DNA of 64,000 nt from assembly GCA_965261385.1 (NCBI GenBank), contig CBDHDB010000002.1, forward strand, positions 1,989,091 through 2,053,090, in the 5' to 3' direction. Below the pieces are notes generated by a model, which saw only the letters and a list, made by a program, of their open reading frames with translations, did no database searches and was not told the origin of the DNA. The translations under genes were made by a program, and so were the position numbers. Shown here one piece after another: positions 44,907 through 54,004 of the stretch. Positions within the stretch are counted from its first letter, which is position 1. Each line of letters opens with the position of its first letter. The DNA comes from Dehalococcoidia bacterium. GTDB lineage: Bacteria > Chloroflexota > Dehalococcoidia > Lucifugimonadales > Australimonadaceae.

Positions 44907-45950
44907 ATGAGCGGCTTACCGCCTCGCTGGTCTAAACTAGACGCCAAGCCCATGCGAGCCGCCAACCTCAACCTATCCCGCATCCTGCCCCGCATCCTCG
45001 CTCTGAGCTTGCCCCTAGCGCTCATGGCAGTCGCCGCTTGCACCTCCGGCAGCTCCATGCGCGAGCCGGCGGGGGCCATCCCCACCCCCACTCCCCCCGG
45101 CGAAACTCCATGGACCGACGCCTTCAAGTCGCCGCGGTTCGTAGCGGCGGCCCCTGACGGGAACATCCTCGTGACCTACGTATCGTCGGGCCAGCTGCTC
45201 GTCTTCGGTCCGGATGGACGGCTCGATCGGCGGATCGGCCCCCGAGGGCCCGGCGACGACGTCTTCGGGACACCCGCCGGCGTCGCCACAGCCCCGAACG
45301 GAGACATCTACGTCGTCGACGAGTTCGAGAACCGGGTGCACCGCTTCACCGCTGCGGGCTCGCCCGCGGGCTCGTGGGGCGCCCAGGGCGAAGGGCCAGG
45401 CCACTTCAGCCAGCCTGTCGGCGTCGCCGTCGACGCGGACGGCGATGTCTACGTCGCGGACTCCGGCAACGCCCGCGTCCAGAAGTTCGGCGCGGACGGC
45501 GCCTTCATCGAAGCGTGGGAGTCGGACCCGATAGGCGGACGGCAGTTCGAAAGCCCCTCCGGCATCGCGTCGGACCGTGCCGGCTACGTCTACGTCGCCG
45601 ACTTCGCCAGGCACTACGTGCAGAAGCTGACCACGAGCGGCGCGTTTGTGGACAACCTCGGCATGCACGGCGTGGAGGGAGGTCAGTTCGACTCTCCCAT
45701 CGGCGTGGCTGTCGGTCCCTCCGGCGACCTTTACATCGTCGACTCGGTCAACCAGCGCGTGCAGCGATTCAACCCCATCGGCGCGTTCCTCGGCGCGTGG
45801 GGGGAGGGCGGCAGCCGTCCGGGCGACTTCCGCTCGCCGTCGGGCGTCGCCGTCAGCCCGTCGGGCGATGTCTACGTCTCCGACCTCTCCAACCACCGTG
45901 TCGATCGCTTCACCCCCGACGGCGACCTCGTCCCCAACTGGGGCAGATAG
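44907..45950 (+). CDS. NHL-repeat beta-propeller lipoprotein
   Basis: Signal/lipobox ..LALMAVAAC. Six repeats of the type P.GVAV...G.(I/V)YV(A/V)D..N.RVQ(K/R)F. The ORF-track start at 44625 reads through the repeat locus and is rejected. ATG at 44952 is an alternative. Confidence 0.8.
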   Translation: MSGLPPRWSKLDAKPMRAANLNLSRILPRILALSLPLALMAVAACTSGSSMREPAGAIPTPTPPGETPWTDAFKSPRFVAAAPDGNILVTYVSSGQLLVFGPDGRLDRRIGPRGPGDDVFGTPAGVATAPNGDIYVVDEFENRVHRFTAAGSPAGSWGAQGEGPGHFSQPVGVAVDADGDVYVADSGNARVQKFGADGAFIEAWESDPIGGRQFESPSGIASDRAGYVYVADFARHYVQKLTTSGAFVDNLGMHGVEGGQFDSPIGVAVGPSGDLYIVDSVNQRVQRFNPIGAFLGAWGEGGSRPGDFRSPSGVAVSPSGDVYVSDLSNHRVDRFTPDGDLVPNWGR

Positions 45951-45964
45951 TCCTCGCCGGAGTT

Positions 45965-46285
45965 CCTTCTCCCCCCGCGCCCCTCTCCGTCATTGCCTCG
46001 AAGTCCTCCCCACCGTCTGCGGGGGAGAGTTAGAGAGGTGGGCCGCGCCCCGCCCGCATACTTTCGTTGGTTGAGGTGTGGGCAGGCACATGAAGGATTC
46101 CCGCCTTCGCGGGAATCCTTGGCGGGTAGGAGCGCAGAGGGGCGACGCCCCTCTGCCGGGAGCGTGGGGGGTGTCCCCCACAACATGACGGGCGGGTGGG
46201 CGGGAAGAGTTACGCCCGCCAGAAAATCGGGTTACGCAAAGGTCCCGTCTGCGGGAGAGTTAGAGAGGGGCGCCGCCCCTGCCGT
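45965..46285. repeat. Mosaic intergenic repeat locus (C, B, inverted A, D, C)
   Basis: C module at 45995-46040. B-like module at 46050-46092. A hairpin in the opposite orientation (TTCCCGC-CTTC-GCGGGAA) at 46098-46115. D module at 46160-46220. C module at 46231-46275. Confidence 0.85.
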
Positions 46286-46406
46286 GGCGAACGGGCGAAT
46301 CGCCGTTATACACTCCCGCTGCGCGGCGAGTCCCTCTACGGCAACACCGGCCTCTTCTCCCAAGCCCACGACCTCGCCCTCGCCAAGAAGAACGGAGGAT
46401 GAATCC

Positions 46407-47138
46407 ATGGCGACCCTAAACGTCGGTTTCCTCAGCGCAAGCGGGCGGCGCGCCCAGCACTACGACGACTTCCTCCGCCTCGTGCCACGGGACGTCGACT
46501 TGGAAATCATGCCCCTCGGCCTTTGGGGCGGTTCGCTCTACGACCTCGCGGGCAAGTCGGACGAGCACATCGAGATCACCACCAAGCTCGCAAAGGAGAA
46601 GGACTGGGAGGGCATCGCGCTCATGGGCGCCCCCATGCAGGTCCAGAACCCCGACCACATCGGCAAGCTGCGCGCCGTCCTCGACATCCCCGTCACGACT
46701 GCCCTCGAGTCCGGCGCCGCCGCCGTCAAGGCCTTCGGCGCGACCGACATCCTCCTCCTCACCCCCTTCGACGATGGGCTGAATGCGATGCTGCGCGACT
46801 TCCTCACGGAGCGCGGACTCAACGTCACGTTCCCCGCTAACGCGCGGACCGATACCCGCCGCGAGGACGTGCAGGCCACGGAGCGCAAGACGTCCGAGGA
46901 GGTCTACCAGCTGGCCGTCGACGCCTTCGCCAACACCCCCGGCGCCCAGGCCGTCTACTTCCAGGGCGCTCCGTTGAACCCGCTTCACATCCTCGAGCGG
47001 CTGGAGGCCGACCTGGGCGTCCCTGTCGTCGCAAGCAACCCGGCCATGTTCTGGAGCATCGCATCCATACTCGGCCACACCTTCTCAGTGCCGAACGCCG
47101 GCCGCCTGCTCGGCGAGTGGCCGTCGATGGCAAGCTAG
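46407..47138 (+). CDS. Asp/Glu racemase-superfamily protein (maleate isomerase/arylmalonate decarboxylase-like)
   Basis: ATG at 46407 after GGAGGA. 243 aa. ..ILLLTPFDD..VVASNPAMFW.. The ORF-track start at 45993 lies in repeats. Confidence 0.6.
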   Translation: MATLNVGFLSASGRRAQHYDDFLRLVPRDVDLEIMPLGLWGGSLYDLAGKSDEHIEITTKLAKEKDWEGIALMGAPMQVQNPDHIGKLRAVLDIPVTTALESGAAAVKAFGATDILLLTPFDDGLNAMLRDFLTERGLNVTFPANARTDTRREDVQATERKTSEEVYQLAVDAFANTPGAQAVYFQGAPLNPLHILERLEADLGVPVVASNPAMFWSIASILGHTFSVPNAGRLLGEWPSMAS

Positions 47139-47351
47139 ACGACTCCCCCAGCCTTTTCCCGTCTGCGTCTGGGTTTGTCCTGAAACTCGCGAGCAATGGC
47201 GCAAGCTGGAGCTCGTCGTCGAGACAGCCTGCGAGGTATGGGGATAAGCAACCCGCGCCGCGCTCCATAACGCCGCCGCCACACTAGGAGCGCGGCAGTC
47301 CGCCGCTGGTAGACTGGCCTCAGACCCCTAGGAGAGAGGATCGAGGAGGGC

Positions 47352-48179
47352 ATGGACTCGTTCGTCGAACGGCTGGACGCTGCGATGACCCGCAACAGGA
47401 GCCTGCTGTGCGTCGGGCTCGACCCGTGGCCCTCCTCCATGCCCATCGACGACATCGCCGCGTTCAACAGGGCCATCATCGACGCGACCGCCGACCTGGT
47501 CTGCGCGTACAAGCCAAACTTCGCCTTCTACGAGGCCGAGGGCATCGCTGGGCTTGAGGCCCTGCGGCAGACCATCGAGGCCGCGCCGGACGGCGTGCCC
47601 ATGCTCCTCGACGCGAAGCGCGGCGACCTCGGCAACACCGCAATCGCCTATGCGAAAGCGGCGTTCGAGGTCTGGGGCGCGGACGCCGTGACGGTGAACC
47701 CGTACCAGGGCCGGGACGCCCTCCAGCCGTTCCTCGACTACGCGGACCGCGGCGTCTTCATCCTCGCGCGCACGTCCAATCCGGGCAGCGCCGAGTTCCA
47801 GGACCTCCGGGTGCGCGGCCCGGTAGGCGAGCGGCCGCTCCACGAGGAGGTCGCCGGTCAGGCGTGCGCGTGGAACGACAACGGCAACGTCGGACTCGTC
47901 GTCGGAGCGACCGTTCCAGAGGAGCTCGCGCGGGTGCGGAGCATCGCGGGCTCGATGCCGGTCCTCGTGCCCGGCGTCGGCGCGCAAGGAGGCGACCTCG
48001 AAGCGTCGGTGCGGAACGGAACGGACGCCAACGGACGGCGCGCGCTTATCTCCGCGTCGCGCAGCGTGCTCTACGCGTCGAGCGGCCGCGATTTCGCCGA
48101 TGCTGCGCGGGCTGAGGCGCTACGCCTCCGGGACGCGATCAACGCGGAGCTCGATCGGATGGAGAAGGGATGGACGTAG
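47352..48179 (+). CDS. pyrF: Orotidine-5'-phosphate decarboxylase (type 2)
   Basis: LCVGLDP.., LLDAKRGDLGNTA, ..VPGVGAQGG. Confidence 0.9.
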   Translation: MDSFVERLDAAMTRNRSLLCVGLDPWPSSMPIDDIAAFNRAIIDATADLVCAYKPNFAFYEAEGIAGLEALRQTIEAAPDGVPMLLDAKRGDLGNTAIAYAKAAFEVWGADAVTVNPYQGRDALQPFLDYADRGVFILARTSNPGSAEFQDLRVRGPVGERPLHEEVAGQACAWNDNGNVGLVVGATVPEELARVRSIAGSMPVLVPGVGAQGGDLEASVRNGTDANGRRALISASRSVLYASSGRDFADAARAEALRLRDAINAELDRMEKGWT

Positions 48180-48373
48180 AGTTCCACCTTGGAGACCGTC
48201 TCACGCTGCGTAAGACTCACCCCTGCGGAGGGGTCGAGTGGCGCGTGGAGCGGCTCGGCGCGGACATCGGCATCCGCTGCCTCACGTGCGGCCGTTACCT
48301 TCTGACGCCCCGCCGCAAACTCCAACGCGCCACGAAAGCCCGCCAAGCGCCATCGGTCAACCGGCCAACCTGA
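48170..48373 (+). CDS. DUF951-like small protein
   Basis: GDRLTLRKTHPCGGVEWRVERLGADIGIRCLTCGR. Overlaps the pyrF stop. Confidence 0.65.
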   Translation: MDVEFHLGDRLTLRKTHPCGGVEWRVERLGADIGIRCLTCGRYLLTPRRKLQRATKARQAPSVNRPT

Positions 48374-48375
48374 CT

Positions 48376-48537
48376 CCCCTCTTTCCGTCATTCCCACGAA
48401 GGCGGGAACCTCGCCCCAACCCCCTCCCCCCGCCTCTGGTTCCATCTCCCGTCTACGGGAGATGGCTAGGGAGAGGTGCGCGAGCGCAGCGAAGCGCGGG
48501 GGAGGAGAAGCGTTCGTCCGCAAACCCTCCCCCGCCT
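48376..48537. repeat. Mosaic intergenic repeat locus
   Basis: A hairpin (TTCCCAC-GAAG-GCGGGAA) at 48391-48408. C-like catctcccgtctacgggagatggctagggagagg at about 48443-48476. Confidence 0.8.
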
Positions 48538-48552
48538 AGAGCCTGCGCGCTG

Positions 48553-49836
48553 CTAGATGGGGACCACGGTGAGGTCGGCGTCGTACTCGGGATGGACCGG
48601 CGTCTGGTGGCTAAGCTCGACCACCTTGCCCGTCTGGGAAGACTCGACCATCCCGAAGATTGCCTCGGCCGTACCCATGCCCCAACGCCCCGAATGGTAT
48701 ACGGGCTTGCCGTGGACGATCGCGTCGTAGATCTCGTGCACCTCGCCCCGGCTGTGGATGTTCGAGACGCCCGTAACCTCGCGCACGCCGTTGTCATCGT
48801 AGATGAGTACGCCCTCGGAGCCGATGCGCATGTCCCCGCGCTCGCAGGTCACGAAGATCGTCCCGGGGTCCCCCGTGTCGTTGAGGCCGCTGCGGTCGCC
48901 CGGCTCCCGTGTGACCTGACGCCCGAAGTTCCCCCGGCCGCCGTCGGAGCGGAGCGCCTCCGCGAACTGCTGGGCCTCAACGGCCCCGCCGATGCGCAGG
49001 TCCTGCTTGTCTTGCTCCTCATTCCGTGTCCCGTCGCGCATCTCCTTGCGAACGCGCACAAGATTCTCGATGGAGCTGCGGCCCGAGGCCGGTCCGTTGA
49101 CCTCGCTCATCGTGAAGTAGCCATAGCCATTGTGCGTGGCGGTGGCCACCGCTCCGTCCTCGAACTCGAAATGGGCGGTGTAGTAGCCGGGCATCGGACG
49201 CTCCGGCATCCACTGTCCCACCTTGCCCCAGACCCTCTTGACCATCCCGCCGCCGAGCAGGCGGACGGTGTCGATCTGGTGCGGGCCCTGGCGGTACGGA
49301 ACGCCTCCCCCCTGAGCGAAATCGAGCTCGTCCGGTGTCCTTGGCCGGAGCATCCAGTCGGTGTACGCAATCAGGTGAATCGCTCTGACCGCGCCGAGCT
49401 CCCCGGACTCAATCACCTTACGCATTACCCGGTAGGGCAGCCCAAAGCTCGCGGTGTGGGCGCAGACGAGATGCACCCCCGCCTTGTCGCACTCCTCGAC
49501 CATCTGCTCCGTCTCTGCAAGGGAGATGGCCATGGGCTTCTCGACCATGACGTGCTTCCCGTGCCTCGCAGCCGTGATCGTGTGCTCGGCGTGGAACCGG
49601 TTCGGCGACGCAATGTACACGGCGTCGATGTCCGGGGCTTTGCACATCTGCTCTGCGCTCTCGTACACCTTGGTATCGGGAAAGCGCTCCTGGAAACGTT
49701 CACGTGTGACAGGGACCACGTCGCACCCCGCCGCAAGCTGGACGATGTCCGGTTGCTGCACTACCGAGCGCAGGATTTCGAGCCCCCCCACGCCGATGCC
49801 GATGACCCCTATGTTGATGCGCCGCGTTGCGACCAT
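48553..49836 (-). CDS. Gfo/Idh/MocA-family oxidoreductase
   Basis: INIGVIGIGVGG...AVYIASPNRFHAEHTITAARHGKHVMVEKPMA. The start is taken as MVATRR at 49836. 49899 is possible. Confidence 0.8.
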   Translation of the reverse strand: MVATRRINIGVIGIGVGGLEILRSVVQQPDIVQLAAGCDVVPVTRERFQERFPDTKVYESAEQMCKAPDIDAVYIASPNRFHAEHTITAARHGKHVMVEKPMAISLAETEQMVEECDKAGVHLVCAHTASFGLPYRVMRKVIESGELGAVRAIHLIAYTDWMLRPRTPDELDFAQGGGVPYRQGPHQIDTVRLLGGGMVKRVWGKVGQWMPERPMPGYYTAHFEFEDGAVATATHNGYGYFTMSEVNGPASGRSSIENLVRVRKEMRDGTRNEEQDKQDLRIGGAVEAQQFAEALRSDGGRGNFGRQVTREPGDRSGLNDTGDPGTIFVTCERGDMRIGSEGVLIYDDNGVREVTGVSNIHSRGEVHEIYDAIVHGKPVYHSGRWGMGTAEAIFGMVESSQTGKVVELSHQTPVHPEYDADLTVVPI

Positions 49837-49920
49837 GTCGATGACCTCCCCAGCTGCGGTAATTGCGATCCTCTCAGAGCGGGATTGTCCTCTTTCCACG
49901 CTCAGTCGTCGAGTGCGCGG

Positions 49921-51960
49921 TCAGCGAGGGCTTGCGGTGGCGGCCGGCATCTCTTTGCCGAGCGCAAGCGGGGCCAGCGGAACGTCCGCATTCAGCGGGT
50001 CGCGGGCCTTAGCCGCCTCGACGTACCGTACCGCGTCCTCCTCCAGTAAGAAACCGGCGGCCAACAGCTCTTGAACTGCCTCGGAGACCCGGCGCACGTA
50101 GTCTTCATGGGAAGCGTACCGCTCCTCGATGGACAGCCGTGGGTCGCCGGTGGCCTCCCTTTCCGCTCGTGTGCGGGCGAAGGGTATGAAGCTCCCCGAG
50201 AGCGAGGCGAAGTCCCCTTCCCCGAACCCGCTCTTGCGCAGGTTCCACCCTGTATGCGTGCCGACCGGCGCCATGATGTCCGGCGACCGCAGGCCGCCAA
50301 GGTCGTTGCCGTCCTCGTCAACCTGCGGCGTCTGGACGACATACTCCTTGCCGGACGCAGGCTTCGGCGGATGCTCCGTAATCACCCCCCGGTCGAAATC
50401 GGGGCCGTAGTCGTATAGCGGCAGACGGCTGGGCCAGGCCGGTATTCCCGCGCCCGGGGCTTTGGGGAACGCTTCCAGCGCTCTCTCGGGCGTGACCAGC
50501 GTGCCGTCAGCCCGCCGGGGCACGATGCTGGGCGGAGGCTGCGCGCCTTCGGTGACCCAACGGTCCATCAACGTCAGGGCTCCTCGCATCAGCGGCCCGT
50601 TGTTCATCACGTTGGATAGCTGCTGAGCCACGTCCTCCGCCGGAGGCGTTGCGCCCGAATGCTGCGCGCTCGCCAGGAAGTAGACGCGCACCGCCTCGGG
50701 AAACGGGATGTCGTCGCCGGTGCGTGGGTCCGTGTGTCCAAGCGAGGCGTGGCGGTTCCAGTATTCGGTGTTGGTGTGCGTGTGCATCACCAGAGGGTCG
50801 GACTCCGGACGCTTCAAGACGCTATCCATCGCGTCCGAGAAGGCGTCAGGCGCCGCCGAGTAGGCGAACGGGTAACGCTCCGACGGCCACTGGTGCTCCT
50901 CGTGCTGACGGGGATAGCGCCCCACCTGAGCGAAACGAGCATTCGCGAACAAACGGCCTGCGCCCGATACGTGCGGGTAGACGGCGTCGAACACCCTCCG
51001 GCCCGACAAGTCCGCGTTGTAGCCGTCGTAGACGAACTGACGGATCACGCGCGCGCTCAGCGACTGCCCGTACATGTACGCCCGCTCGTGGCCGACCACG
51101 GGGTTCGGCGCGCCGTTCGCGTCGGCCTCGTCATAACGGAGCATCGACATCAGGTCCCGGATGCCCACGATGCCGAGGCCCATCACGCGGGAGCCCTCCG
51201 TCTCGTATATCAGCTCGTATATCCAGCCCGCTTTGAAGCCGCCCTTCACGTAGCAGGACGTCGCCGACGGACGCAGCCGTACCTCCCCGTCGACCGTCGC
51301 CGCCTCCGCGAACGCCCAGGCGTCGGGGGCGACCGGTATCCGCGGGTCTTGCTCGTGCTCGCGCAGCGTCATCGTCGCGTGCGCCGTGTCCAGATCGAGC
51401 GCGGGGTAGGAGTGGATGTTCGGAGCGCCGCTGAGCGGCATCGACAGCACCCCATGCTGCTCGGCGATGAACTCTTGGCGCACCGTGCCCCTGAGCGGCT
51501 TCCCGTCCTCCAACGCCTCCGGCAGCTCGGCAGTGAGGAGTCCGCCGCCCGGCGTCAGGTCTCCCTGCCAGCCCGACCAGACTATCGTGAAGCCCCGCCG
51601 CAGGAGAAAACCGTTGCCCGCCGCCGCCAGGGTGCGGGGATCGCTGTCTGCCGGAGCGTCGTTGAACGCCCTCAGGGCTGTTCTGTTCCCCCGGTTGTTC
51701 ACGTCATAAAGCAGACTTCGGGCCCCGCGGTCTAGATCGACGGGCTTGAGGATGTCGAGGTCCGCCCTGAATTCGACCATTCCGTCCGCGTTGCGGGGGG
51801 CCAGCGACAGGTCCGCCACATTCGCATTGCTGGGATCGCTGGGGTCCAGAGCAAAGCTCGCCGACCCGGTCAGCCGCTCGTAGGGCCCTGCCGCGCCGAA
51901 CGAAAATCCGTCCGCGAAGCTCATCCGCCGCTCGATGCTCAACCTGACCTCGGTGTTCAT
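49921..51960 (-). CDS. Large alpha/beta-hydrolase-domain protein of unknown function
   Basis: N-terminus ..FADGFSFGAAGPYERLTGSASFALDP..NANVADLSLAPRNADGMVEFRADLDILKP..YDVNNRGN resembles a widespread uncharacterised hydrolase family (from memory). ATG at 51960. Confidence 0.55.
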   Translation of the reverse strand: MNTEVRLSIERRMSFADGFSFGAAGPYERLTGSASFALDPSDPSNANVADLSLAPRNADGMVEFRADLDILKPVDLDRGARSLLYDVNNRGNRTALRAFNDAPADSDPRTLAAAGNGFLLRRGFTIVWSGWQGDLTPGGGLLTAELPEALEDGKPLRGTVRQEFIAEQHGVLSMPLSGAPNIHSYPALDLDTAHATMTLREHEQDPRIPVAPDAWAFAEAATVDGEVRLRPSATSCYVKGGFKAGWIYELIYETEGSRVMGLGIVGIRDLMSMLRYDEADANGAPNPVVGHERAYMYGQSLSARVIRQFVYDGYNADLSGRRVFDAVYPHVSGAGRLFANARFAQVGRYPRQHEEHQWPSERYPFAYSAAPDAFSDAMDSVLKRPESDPLVMHTHTNTEYWNRHASLGHTDPRTGDDIPFPEAVRVYFLASAQHSGATPPAEDVAQQLSNVMNNGPLMRGALTLMDRWVTEGAQPPPSIVPRRADGTLVTPERALEAFPKAPGAGIPAWPSRLPLYDYGPDFDRGVITEHPPKPASGKEYVVQTPQVDEDGNDLGGLRSPDIMAPVGTHTGWNLRKSGFGEGDFASLSGSFIPFARTRAEREATGDPRLSIEERYASHEDYVRRVSEAVQELLAAGFLLEEDAVRYVEAAKARDPLNADVPLAPLALGKEMPAATASPR

Positions 51961-52143
51961 GCCCTTCCTCCGCTCGGACGGAATCAGCCAGAGGTTAGAC
52001 CGGCCCACCCGATTCGTCGATGCCTGCCGGACGACGGCCTCATTCCAGCGCGCTCTCTGCTACCGGATCACCGGATGAGATGCTGACCCCAGGGCGTTCA
52101 AGATACCGCCGCCCTCGGCTAGACTAGGGCTCACCTCGCTTTA

Positions 52144-52185
52144 CCCTCCTCCCCCGTCTGTAGGGGAGGACTGAGGAGGGGGCGG
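52144..52185. repeat. Solo C-like hairpin module
   Basis: cctcctcccccgtctgtaggggaggactgaggaggggg. Confidence 0.7.
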
Positions 52186-52209
52186 CTCGAACCGAGGAGG
52201 AGTCCCGAA

Positions 52210-52680
52210 TTGAGCGACGTTGCCTTTCAAGACCTGCTACCCGGCAATCACTGCTGGGGCTGCGGGCCGGACGCCAAGGACGGCCTGCGCATCCGGAGCT
52301 TCTGGGACGGACCTGAGGCCGTCTGCACTTGGACGCCCCGCCTCGAGTTCGCCGCCGGGCCGAAGCACATCCTCTACGGTGGCATGATTAGCTGCGTGAT
52401 CGACTGCCATTGCATCTGGACGGCCATCGCCGAGGCGTACAGGACCGGGGGCCGTCAGATCGGTGAGGGACCGGTCGTCTGGTTCGCGACTGCGTCCCTC
52501 AACATCACTTACAAGAAACCCACCCCCATCGACCAGCCGCTGACCATGCGCGCGCGCGTCAACAGCATGAGTGAGCGCAAGGCGCTGGTGAGCTGCTCCC
52601 TCGTCTCCGACGGCGTCGAGACCGCCACGGGCGAGATGGTCGCGGTGAAGGTCCCGCCGGAATGGTTCGAGTCCATCTAG
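52210..52680 (+). CDS. PaaI/hotdog-fold thioesterase-like protein
   Basis: ..NHCWGCGPDAKDGLRIRSF.. N-terminus typical of PaaI-type thioesterases. 156 aa. Confidence 0.6.
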   Translation: MSDVAFQDLLPGNHCWGCGPDAKDGLRIRSFWDGPEAVCTWTPRLEFAAGPKHILYGGMISCVIDCHCIWTAIAEAYRTGGRQIGEGPVVWFATASLNITYKKPTPIDQPLTMRARVNSMSERKALVSCSLVSDGVETATGEMVAVKVPPEWFESI

Positions 52681-52969
52681 GAGGGCCTAAGTGGACGGTA
52701 GACAGAACTGTCTTCGAGATGTGGTTGGGAGCCCTGTAATCCTTGACACCGCGATCCTTTGACCGAGAGTTCGAGCCTCTTCGGGTGGGCCGAACCTGCG
52801 GTGCGAGTGTCTCGCTCGTCTCCTGCGTGGCCGGAGCGGAAGTCCACTTCTCCTCTCGCGATTTGGTGCCGAGCCTCGCAATCGTCCGCCCCGTCCTCTG
52901 CCGTCCACGAAATCGTGAACTTCCCTCCGCTAGGGACACACCCAAGGCCTGACGGCGATCGCAAAGAGC

Positions 52970-54004
52970 TTATTGCGTGTACCTCCTGCCTGGTTCCCTG
53001 AGTAAGCTGGACACCAATTCGACCACCTCGGCACCTTCTGGAGTAGCGGATTTGCGTGCCGCCTCTGCGGCCTCGCGTCCTGCCGCCGCTGCATCACGGT
53101 ACGCGGTCTCTACCTCCTCTGGCTCTCGCCCCCAAACTGCAAGGGCGTTCCCAAGGGCAAACAGCGACTGTGCTGTCAGTACCAATCCTGCTGGGACGGC
53201 GGCATCGCGTCCCGCCGCCGCTGCGTCGCGGTACGTGGTCTCTACCTCCTGCTGCGGCCGCCCCCAACTCGCGGAGGCGATTCGGAGGTTGGACAGCGCC
53301 TGTGCAGCCTGTAGTAATCCTGCGGGTGTGGCGGCATCGCGTCCCGCCGCCGCTGCATCACGGTACGCGGCCTCTACCTCCTCTGGTTCCCGCCCCCAAC
53401 CCGCGAAGGCAAACCCGAGGGCAAACAGCGACTGTGCCGTCAGTACCAACCCTGCTGGGACGGCGGCCTCTCGTCCCGCTGCCGCTGCGTCACGGCACGC
53501 GGTCTCGACCTCCTCTGGCTCCCGCCCCCAACTCGCGGAGGCGATTCGGAGGTTGGACAGCGCCTGTGCAGCCTGTAGTAATCCTGCGGGTGTGGCGGCC
53601 TCGCGTCCCGCTGCCGCCGCATCACGGTATGCGGCCTCTACCTCCTCTGGCTCCCGCCCCCAATCCGCAAGGGCGTTCCCGAGGTTGGACAGCGCCTTCG
53701 CCGTTTCTACCAGGCCCTCTGGAGTGGAGGCCTCTCGTCCCGCCGCTGCCGCAGCACGGTGCACGGCCTCTACCTCCTCTGGTTTCCGCCCCCAACCCGC
53801 GAAGGCAAACCCGAGGGCAAACAGCGACTGTGCCGTCAGTACCAATCCTGCGGGTGTAGCGGCTTCTCGTCCCACCGCCGCTGCGTCACGGTACGCGGTC
53901 TCTATCTCCTGCTCCGGTCTCCCCCTCTGGTATTGAGGGCCATCTAGCAGGCTGCTGAAGAAAGGGTTTCGTGGCGATGTGAGGGCTGCTGGCATGTCCG
54001 CCAT
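52970..54004 (-). CDS. Tandem 44-residue alpha-helical repeat protein (6.5 units); first ~19 codons derive from the IS end
   Basis: Units PEEVEAAYRDAAAAGREAATPAGL(LQAAQALSNLRIASAS/VLTAQSLFALGFAFAG)WGRE alternate between two subtypes. DNA period is 132 nt with a 264-nt super-repeat. The ATG at 54004 lies inside the IS5-family element. Confidence 0.55.
   Translation of the reverse strand: MADMPAALTSPRNPFFSSLLDGPQYQRGRPEQEIETAYRDAAAVGREAATPAGLVLTAQSLFALGFAFAGWGRKPEEVEAVHRAAAAAGREASTPEGLVETAKALSNLGNALADWGREPEEVEAAYRDAAAAGREAATPAGLLQAAQALSNLRIASASWGREPEEVETACRDAAAAGREAAVPAGLVLTAQSLFALGFAFAGWGREPEEVEAAYRDAAAAGRDAATPAGLLQAAQALSNLRIASASWGRPQQEVETTYRDAAAAGRDAAVPAGLVLTAQSLFALGNALAVWGREPEEVETAYRDAAAAGREAAEAARKSATPEGAEVVELVSSLLREPGRRYTQ

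Noticed and set aside
48238-50049. 603-aa plus-strand ORF, and many other 100-500-aa ORFs antisense to annotated genes (e.g. 3987-4895, 7602-8342, 31953-33503, 34423-35568, 42812-43897, 43194-44597)
   Set aside because: These are Arg/Pro/Gly/Ala-rich translations typical of stop-codon-poor antisense or off-frames in high-GC DNA. Each fully overlaps a gene with clear family signatures.
52766-52792. tRNA or tmRNA 3' end suggested by GAGAGTTCGAGCCTCTT T-arm-like hairpin
   Set aside because: There is no complementary acceptor strand (CCACCCG) about 70 nt upstream and no D or anticodon arm. No tmRNA, RNase P or SRP signature motifs were found on either strand by eye.
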